Shown here: positions 1-9,400 of the stretch, one piece after another | Layout of the letters: every line of letters begins with the position of its first letter | Position numbering within the stretch: position 1 is the stretch's first letter | Source of the DNA: an uncultured Chloroflexia bacterium | Lineage (GTDB): Bacteria; Chloroflexota; Anaerolineae; Anaerolineales; Anaerolineaceae | Length of the DNA: 32,000 nucleotides | Direction: 5' to 3' | Assembly (NCBI GenBank): GCA_963704755.1 | Contig: OY969938.1 | Location: 3,570,001-3,602,000, forward strand | The notes under the pieces: generated by a model | The model's input: the letters and a program-made list of their open reading frames with translations, nothing else | Database searches by the model: none | What the model was told of the DNA's origin: nothing | Program-made: the position numbers and the translations under genes

Positions 1-3000
1 CGGCAGGCTGACCGTATCGTTGAAGTCGTCGCTCGAGTTTACATAGCCGGTATTGTCGCAGTCGCTGGCTCCGTCCGCCTCGCTGCAGGTCCAGGTCCAG
101 GAGGTCACCTGGGCCGGTTTGGCGTCCGCAACGACCGCACCGACCGAATCGGAGGGGCCGGCGTTGGCGACCACGATGGTGTAGGTTACCGTCGCGCCGG
201 GAGCATAGCTGTCCGAGTGGTCGTCTTTGGACACACTCAAGGCGACTGTCGGATTGGCCGTATCGGTGTCGCTGATGTCGGTGTTGTTGGTCGAATCCGG
301 GTCGCTGATGCCTGCCGGAGCGCTGGCCGTCGCGCTGGCCGTGTTGACCAGGTCTCCGCTGGCGTTCGAGCGCGGGGTAGCGTTGATCGTATAGGTCACC
401 GAACTGCCGTTGGGCATGGCCAGCGTCTGGGAAATAGCGCTGCTGCCGCTGCCATCCGCACAGCCGGTCGCCCCGGACGCAACGCAGGTCCAGGACCAGG
501 TGTCGAACTGGGCCGGCAGCGGGTCGCTGAAGTCCACCGCGGCGGCATCCGAGGGGCCATCGTTGCTGACCACAACCGTGTAGGTCAACGGCGTACCGGG
601 GATGTAGCTGTCCAGGCCATCCGTCTTGGTCACAACGATATCCGCCTGGCTAGCACTGGAATCGCTATCGGTCACGGTGTTTGCCTTGACGCCGGGATCG
701 GTTACCCCGGCGGGTGGGGTGATGGTGGCCGTATTGACCAGGCTGCCGGTCTTGTCCGAGGCGATCGTCGGGCTGGTGACCGTGTAGGTGATCGAAGAGC
801 CGGCCGGCAGGTTGACGTAGTCCTGGAAATCCGCCGTCGAGTCACTGTAGCCGGTATGATCACAGCCGCTGGCGCCGTCATGCTCGACACAGGTCCACGT
901 CCACGAATCCAGTTGGGCGGGGAAAGCGTCGTCCAGTACGGCGTTATTGGCATCCGAGGGGCCGTCGTTGCCGATGGTTACGGTGTAGGTCAGTTGGCTC
1001 TGGCCGGGGATGTAGCTGGTCACCCCATCGGTTTTGGTGACCCACAATTCCGCCTGTGGCGTGAAGGTATCGGTATCCGTCGAGGAATCCGAGCTGAGAG
1101 TGGCGGTTACACTGGCGGTATTGGCCAGGTTACCGGTCTGGTCGGAGGCGATCTTGTCCGGAGTGGTTACGGTGTAGACGATCGAAGAACCGGCCGGCAG
1201 GTTGACAAGATCATCGAAGTTCGCCGTAGAATCGCTATAGCCGGTGTTGTCGCAGCCGTTGGCGCCGTCATTCTCCACACAGGTCCAGGTCCAGGAGCTG
1301 ATTTGAGTCGGGAGGATGTCGGTCACTTCGGCGCCGGTGACATCCGACGGGCCGGCGTTGCTGACAGTGATCGTGTAGGTCGGTTGGGACTGGCCGGGGG
1401 TATAGGCACCGGTCCCATCGGTTTTGCTGATGCTCAACGTCGCAGCGGCTACGGCTGTGTCCGTGTCGGTGGCCGAATTGTCGTCCGTGTTGGATTCCGT
1501 CTCTCCGGGCCCACGGGCCACGCTGGCCGTATTGGCCAAATCGGACGTGAGCGCGGAGTTGGTTTTGGCGACCACGGTATAAGTAATCGTTTCGCCGGCA
1601 GGCAGGTCGACGGTATCGCTGAAGTCGGCACTATTTTCAGCAGCCTCATGACAGGTAGCATCGCCAGTCGGGCTACAGGTCCAGGTCCAGGAGGTGATTT
1701 CAGGCGGTTTGGCGTCCGTGACGACCGCCCCGAACGAATCGGAGGGGCCGGCGTTGCTGACCACGATGGAGTAGGTCACGTCGGTGCCGGGGGTGTAGGT
1801 CGTAACAGTAGCCCCATCGGTTTTGGTCAGGCTCAACGCTACTTCCGGGGCGGCATCGTCGCTTTCGGAACTGCTGTTATTGCCGGGGGTGGGATCTTCC
1901 GTTCCGGTCGCTCCGGAGACCGCGACTGTGGCGGTGTTGGTCAGCGTGCCGCGGAAAGAAGATTTGGTCAAGGCCGTCACGGTATAGGTGATCGAGCCGC
2001 CCGGATCGATATCCACCGCATCCGAGAAGTCTGTGGTCGAATTCGTCACTCCATTGCAATTGGCGGCGCCGGTGATTGTGGTGCATTCCCAGGTCCAGCT
2101 CTTATAAGCTGAAGCATTGAAGGTGTCACTCACCTGGGCATTGACTGCCTTGGATGGCCCAGCATTAGTAACGGTGACCGTATACACCAGAGGCGCACTA
2201 TCGTCGCCAGGGACAAAGGTCGTCACCGAATCACTCTTATCGATAGCCAGGTCGGTGGAAAAATCTGGCGTGTCGGTATCGGTTTTTGAATTTGCCTTAG
2301 GACCGGGGTCCGTTACCCCGCTTGGCACAGAGATACTGGCCGTGTTGGCAAGGTTGCCTACTTTATCGGCGGCCACCATTGGAGTGGTCACCGTGTAGGA
2401 AATCGAAGAATGAGCCGGAAGATCGACGAAATCGCTAAAGGGTGTGGCTGTGCCGCCATCGCAGCCGCCAGCGCTGCCGGTGATGGTGCCGCAGGTCCAT
2501 GTCCAGGAGTCCAGTTGGCTGGGCAGGCTATCGGTCAACTCGGCGTTGCTCACATCCGAGGGACCATCGTTACCAACCGTTACAGTGTAGGTCAGAACCG
2601 ATTGGCCTGGGACGTAGCTGCTTACCGTATCGTCCTTGGTCACCCATAAATCTGCATGCGGATCAGGCGTATCGGTATCTGTCTTGCTGACCTCTGGACT
2701 GATTTGTGAGTCCAGCATGGCCTTATTGACCAGGTTCGCGGTCTGATTCGAAGCAATCGTCGCGGTGGTGACCGTGTAGATCAGGCTGGAGCCGGCCGGC
2801 AAGCTAACCACATCACTAAAATCAGTGGTGCTGTTGCTAATGCCATCACAGCCGCTGGCCCCACCCGTGGCAGTCCCGCAAGCCCAGGTCCATTCGCTTA
2901 TTTGAGCCGGGATCGCATCCGTTAAAGTTGCTTCGTGAGATGTCGCGGTTGTCGCGTCGGAAGGGCCGGTGTTGCTGATGGTGATCGTGTAGGTTGGAGC

Positions 3001-3456
3001 GGTCTGGCCGGGAACATATTTAGTGATCCCGTCAGTCTTGTTCACGGTCAGGGTCGCATGCGGCGCCGCCGTGTCGGTGTCCGTAGCGGTATTGTCTCCA
3101 GAATTGTTTTCGACTACACCGGTCGGTGTAGCGATATCGGCTTCATTGACCAGGTCCGTGATCGCAGACGATTTGGTCTTGGCCACGACCGTATAGGTGA
3201 TCGTAGCGCCGGACGGCAGGTTGACCGTATCGCTGAAATCGCTGGTGCTGTCGGTGACCCCGTTACAGCCGGTAGCTCCGCCGGAGGCTCCGCTACAGGT
3301 CCAGGTCCAGGAAGAAACCTGGGATGGGATGGCGTCGCTGACCAGCGCCCCGGACACGTAGCCATCGCCGGTGTTACCGACGATAATCGTGTAGGTCGTC
3401 GGTGAACCGGGAACGTACGTGCTGCTGCCATCATCTTTGCTGACGGTCAAATCGGC
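1..3456 (-). repeat. At least nine classical DUF11 / TIGR01451 conserved-repeat units of about 135 aa. The array is cut by the window edge.
   Basis: Units start near 3456, 3060, 2655, 2260, 1850, 1440, 1050, 640 and 245. The pattern is LxVxK(T/D)DGxxxYxPGxxxTYT(I/V)x(V/I)xNxGPSDxxxAxVxDxxPxQ(I/L)xSWTWTCxxxxGAxGCDxxGxxxSxxDFxDxVxLPAGSS(I/V)TYTV. Example at 240: LSVSKDDHSDSYAPGATVTYTIVVANAGPSDSVGAVVADAKPAQVTSWTWTCSEADGASDCDNTGY. Confidence 0.8.
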
Positions 3457-6400
3457 GATGGTCACCTTGACCGTGTTGGATGCCGTGTTATTGCTCTCGT
3501 CACTCTCGACGATGTGGCTATCCGGGTCCACGGTCACGCTGTTGTTGACCAGGTTGCCGGTCGCGGTGGGTGTCACTACGAACGAGGTCGTGAAGCTCCC
3601 GCTGCTGGCCGCCAGGGTCACGCTGCCGCCCGAGGCCGTACAGGTGAGCGTATTGGTCACAATAGCGCAACTGATCGAGCCGGTTCCGCTGATGCCGGTC
3701 GAGGCCGAGATGGTGGGTGCGGCATAGGACGCGTTTGCAGGGAGCGTATCGGTCAGGATGGCCTGCCCGTCGCTGAAAGTCGCGGCCGCGTCGCCGGTAT
3801 TGTTCACCTTGAGGGACCATTTGAAGGTCAGCCCCAGCAGGACTTCGTTTGCGCCGGTATCGTTGGTCTTGGTCACTTTCAAATCGGGAGCATGCACCGT
3901 CACGGTATTCGAGCCGCTATTGTTCAAATCGTTGCTCTCAAGGATATGGTTGTCGGGGTCGGCGGTCGCGGTGTTCAGCAGACTGCCCACTTTGCTGGGG
4001 GTCACGTCGAAAGTCACGCTGAAGTTGCCCGTAGCGGAGGCGATGGTCACAGCGCCGGAAGCGCTGCAGGTGAGCACGCCGCTGCTGATACCGCAAGTGA
4101 CCGTACCCGTGACGCCGCTCGTAACGGGCGCCGCCGGGTCGCCGTACGTCGCGTTGGCCGGCAGGGTATCGGTCAGGATCGTTTGCCCATCGCTAAAGGT
4201 GGCGTCTGCGGTACCCTGGTTGGTCTCTTTGACCGTCCATTGGAAGGTAGGCGTCCCGGCCAGGCCGAGCAGCACGCTCCCGCTGACGTTGTTGGTCTTG
4301 GTCACCACCAGGTCCGGGGCACGCACCGTGACGGTATCCTGGGCCGCGACGTTGTTGGTCTCGTCGCTCTCGGCCACGTGATGGTCCGGGTCGACGGTTG
4401 CGGTGCTGTTGACCAGGTTGCCCACGCTCGTGGGGGCAACGCCGAAGGCCGCGGTGAAGTTCACCGCACCGGTGGGTATGGTCACATCCCCGCCGGAAGC
4501 CGTACAGGTCAGGACTTTACTGGCGATACTACAGCTAATCGTCCCGGCGCCGGTGATGCCGGTGGGGGTGACGGTCACAGAAGTTGGGTAGGTGGCTGCC
4601 GCGGGCAGGGTATCGGTCAAAATTTTCTGCCCGCTGGTGAACGTGGCGCTGGCGTCGCCCTGGTTCTCGACCGTGAGGGTCCACTGGAAGGTGGCCACCC
4701 CGGAAGAACCCAGGAGCACGTCCCCGCTGACGTTATTGGTCTTGCTCACGATCAGGTCAGGTGCGGTCACGGTCAGATTGTTCGTGCTGGTGTTGTTGGC
4801 CGTGTTGATTTCCTGGCTCATGTTGTCCGGGTTGACCGTGGCCGTATTCGAGAGCGCAGCCATGGTATTCGGGGTGGCGCTGAAGGCCACGGTGAAACTC
4901 CCGGCCGCCAGGTTGGTGCCGAGGGTGACCGGTCCGCCGCTGGCGGTACAAGTCAGGGTGTTGGACAGAATCGAACAGGCAATCGTACCCGTACCTCCGA
5001 CGTTGGCGACCGGCGTAACTGTAGTGGACCCATAGGTGGCCGTGGAGGGCAGCGGGTCGGAAACGATGGTGTCGCCGCTGGCGAAAATGCCGCGGGCAGT
5101 CGGCACGCTGCTGACCGTTATCGTCCAGGTGAAGGGTTTTGCCAAGACGGCGATATCGCTGACGTTGTTGCTCTTGACGATGGCCAGGTCGTACACGTAA
5201 GCCGTCTGGCTGTCGTCGTTGGAGGTGACCGCTTGGCCGGCTTCGACAACCTGCGACAGGCTGGTGACCTGGCCGTTGGCCGTGGCCGTGTTGGTCACGT
5301 AGCCGGCATCCACATTGGCCTGCAGAACGGTGTAATCGGCCGTGCAACTAAGCGAATCGCCGGGCGCCAGGCTGGTAGCCGTGCCGCAGTCGAAGGCCGC
5401 TCCCAGGTGATCGTCGTGCACGGTGAAGGTACCATCCGGAGCGACCCCGTCCAGAGTGACGTTGCCCGAGTTGGTCAGGGCATAGTGATAGGTGAGGATA
5501 TCCCCGGCAGCCTTGTAGGGTGTGCCCGCGTCGATCGTCTTGACCAGGGTCAGTTTGGGAGTTTGAACGCCGGTGGCGGTCTGCGTATCTTCGTTGGAAG
5601 TGACCAGGTCGGTATCGTACTTCCCGTAAGCGGTGGCATGGTTGACCACCTGGCCGGCATCCAGGTCGGCCTGGGTGATGGTGTACGTGCCGGTACAGGT
5701 CACGCTGTCCGAAGGCGCCAGGCCGGCCGGGGTGGCCGGGCAGGTGACGCTAACCTTATCGTCCGTGACGGTGAACAAGCCGCCTGTGCCGTTGCCGATC
5801 ATAGTGACCGTGCCGGTGTTGGTCAGCAGGTAATCGTAGTCGATGGTATCCCCGACCGTATCGAAGTTGTCGCCGGCGCTGATGGATTTGGCCAGGGTCA
5901 ATTCGGCGATATCGACGTTTAGCACAGCCGTGTTGGAGGTCGAGCCGTTACCGCCCTCGCTGGAGGTAATCACGCCGGTGGTGTTGGATTTGGCGCCGCC
6001 GGTGGTGCTGGTCACATCCAGGCTGATCGTGCAGGTCACACCGGCAGCCAGTGTGCCGCCGGAGAAGGACAGGCTGGTGTCTCCGCCTGTGGGACTGAAG
6101 GTGGGAGAACCGCAGTTCGTCATGGAATCGTTCGGGAAGGCGGCGACTTCCATCCCGCTGGGGAAGGTATCCGTAAAGCTCACCCCAGTGATGGCTTCGC
6201 CTGCGTTGGGGTTCACGATGGTGAAGGTCAGGGTGCTCAGGCCATTCTTGGCAATCGCCGTGGGCGAGAAAGCCTTGCTGATCGTGGGTGGCACGACCAC
6301 CGTGATGGTGGCTTCGGCGGTGTTGCCGCTGCCGCCGTTGGTCGAGGTGACCGCGCCGGTCGTGTTATCTTTGAGCCCGCTGGTCGTGCCGGTGACATCG

Positions 6401-9400
6401 ACCGTGACGGTACAACTGCTGTCCGGCAGGATGGTCCCGCCGCTCAAGCTGATCGATCCGGAAGTGCTGCTGACCGTACCGCCGCATTGGTTGGCATCCG
6501 GGGCAGCGGCCACTACCAGGCCGGAGGGGAAGGTATCGCTGAAACCCACCCCGGTCAAAGGCACCGTGTTGGAAGAGGGGTTTTGGATGGTAAAGGTCAG
6601 CGTGGTGGTGCGGCCGACGGCAATCGGATCGGGCCCGGAAAAGGCCTTGCTGATGACCGGCGCGATGACCAGGTTGACGGTCACGCTGCTGTCGTTCGAG
6701 GTAACCGTATTGCCGCTGGAAGCGGCGTCCAGGGCGGTCGCGTGGGCGGTGTTGGTCACCGCCCCGGCGGTAACATCGTCCGTCGTGACCGTATAGCTGC
6801 TGGTACAGGTCAGGTTGGCGCCGGGGGCCAGGCTGGCAGCGGCGCCGCAGGTGAACGCCGTGCCCGGCGGCGAGCCGACGTGGTCGTCGCTGACCTGGAA
6901 GGGAGCGTACAGGGTTACCCCACCGGTGTTGGTGAGGGTATAAGCGTAGTTGATCGTATTGCCCACGGAACGGTAGCTGGCCGTGGAGGTGGTCTTGTGC
7001 AGGGTCAGCTCGGCCAGTTTGACGGTCACGCTGCTCTCGTTGGAGGTCACGACCGTGCCGCCGGTCGAGGCGTTCATGGCGCTGGCCGTGGCAGAGTTGG
7101 TCACGGACCGGGCAGTCACATCCCCGGCGGTGACGCTGTAGTCGGCGCTGCAGGTCAGGCTGTCCCCAGGGTCCAGGCTGGTGGCCACGCCGCAGTCGAA
7201 CGGCGTGCTCGTAGGTGTGCCGATGTGGTCGTCGGTGACCAGGAAGGGGGCGTACAGGGTGATATCGCCGGTATTGGTTAGTTGATAGTCATAATGGATG
7301 CTGCCCGAGGCCTGGAAACCGGTGTTGGTGGTGCTTTTTTGCAATACCAGGCCGGCGCCGGAAATGGTCAACTGGGCAGTGGCAGTGTTGCCGCTGCCGC
7401 CGTTGGTGGAAGTTACCGCGCCGGTGGTGTTATCGTAAATACCGCCCATACCGGTCACGTCCACGCTGACGGTACACACGTTGCCCGCAGTAATCGAGCC
7501 GCCCGAGAAGGACAGACTGGTATCCGCAGCGGAGGGGTTGAACGTGGGTGTTCCGCAGCCTATGGTTGAGGGATTGGGGGTAGCGGCAACCTGCAGGCCC
7601 ACCGGGAAGGCGTCGCTGAAGCTAACTCCGTTCAAGGTGGTGGCCGGGTTCGAATTGGTCAGGGTGAAGGTCAGGGTGGAATTTTCGCCCACGTTGATCG
7701 TGGCCGGCGAGAAGGCTTTATCGATGGCCGGCGGAGCGATCACGTTCAGGATGGAACTGGCCGTGTTGCCCGTGCCGCTGTTGGAGGTGGTCACATTGCT
7801 GGTGGTGTTCAGGTAGTTGCCGCCGATGGCAGCGGTCACGTTGACCGACACGGTACAGACCCCGGCGGTCCCGCCGCTGCCCGCCGGGATGGAAAAGCCG
7901 GCCGGCAAGGTCAGGCTGGTGCCGCCCGGTGTGGCCCCTACCGAGCCGCTGCCGGTGCAAGTGGTGCTGGCAGCAGGGGTGGAAGCAATGAGCATCCGTG
8001 CAGGCAAATTCTCGACCAGGTCGCTGGTTAAATCGGCCTGGGTGGGGTTTGGGTTGGCCAGGGTGATGGTCAGGGTGGAGGTTCCATTGGCAGCGATCAG
8101 CGCGGGGTGAACGCCCATAGCCAGCAGGGTGGCCGCGGCCGACATATCCGGCAGGACGGTCAGGGTGGCATCGGAGGCATACGCGCCATCGCCGGCATCG
8201 CTTTGCAGCGCGTTGGCGGCCAGCGCGTTTTCATAATAGCTGCTCGCGCCGGCGGTCACATCGACGGTCACGGTACAACTGCCGGCGACGCCGCCGGATT
8301 GGGCCGGGATCGCCGCGCCGGTCAGTGAAATGGACGCAGTGCCGGAGTCGGCGGCCAATGTGCCCGTGCAGGTGGTGGCTGCATTGGAGGGATTGGCAAT
8401 AACCAGGCCGGTGGGCAGGGTGTCGGCCAGCGAAACGTTGGCAACCGGGTCGATCGCCGGATTGGAAAGGGTCAGGGTCAGAGTTGAAGTCCCATCGATC
8501 GCGATCGTATCTGCAGCGAAGCCCTGGGAAAGGACCGGCGCCGTATCCGTGAGGGAAATCACGGCCAGGCTCGCGCTGGTCGTGCCGGTATTGTTGCCAA
8601 AGGAGGTCTGTAAAACGCCGTCTGCCAGCTCATTGAGATAGCTTCCGGTGGAAGCGGCGGTCACGTCCACCGAGACGGTGCAGGCGCCCGGGGTGCTGCC
8701 CGAGCCGGCCGGGATGGCTCCGCCCGAAAGGGTCAGGCTGCTCGAGCCGGCATCGGCGGTGAGGCTGCCACCGCAGGTGGTGCCGGCGCTGGGAGTAGCG
8801 GCGATTACCAGGCCGGTGGGCAGATCATCCACCAGGTCGGCGCTCAAATTGGCCGTGTCGCGGTTGGGGTTCGATAAAGACAGTGTCAGGGTAGTGGTGT
8901 CTCCGGCCAGGATGGTATCCTGGGCGAAGATCTGGGACAGGGACGGCGGCAACTGGGCTACCGCAGGGATGACGGTCAAGGTGGTGTTGGTCGCGACGGC
9001 ATTATCCCCGGCGGAGGTCTGCAAAGCCCCGGCCGCGAGATTATTGACATAGCTGCCGGCGGAAGCGGCGGTTACGTCCGCCGTGACGGTACAGCTTCCG
9101 GAGGTGCTGCCCACCCGGGCCGGGATGGTGGCACCGCTCAGGGTCAGGCTGCCCGCGCCGGCGTCGGCAGTCAGGCTGCCGCCGCTGCAGGTGGTCCCGG
9201 CGTTGGGAATGGAGGCTATAACCACGCCGCTGGGTAAATTGTCCACCAGGGACGCACTGAGCGTCGCGGCGCTATCGTCCGGGTTGGCCAGGGTCAGGGT
9301 CAGGGTGGTGACGCCGCCGGGCAGGATCGCGGCCGGGTAGAAGTCCTGTGTCAGGACCGGCCGGGTATCCAACAGCGGCAGAACGGTCAGGGTAGCGTTT

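Noticed and set aside
217-2112. 631-aa plus-strand ORF from the track.
   Set aside because: Its composition is Gly/Arg/Val/Ala-rich and low in complexity with no motifs. It lies antisense to DUF11 repeats that translate cleanly on the minus strand. It is a shadow ORF created by the ACC/GCC/GGC/AAC codon bias of the real gene.
3514-5922. 802-aa plus-strand ORF, the longest in the track, together with the overlapping 3758..4381, 4592..5035 and 5633..5833 ORFs.
   Set aside because: It has the same shadow-ORF signature (G/R/A/V-rich, no start context). The opposite strand encodes the CARDB-like and DUF7507-like units with conserved motifs.
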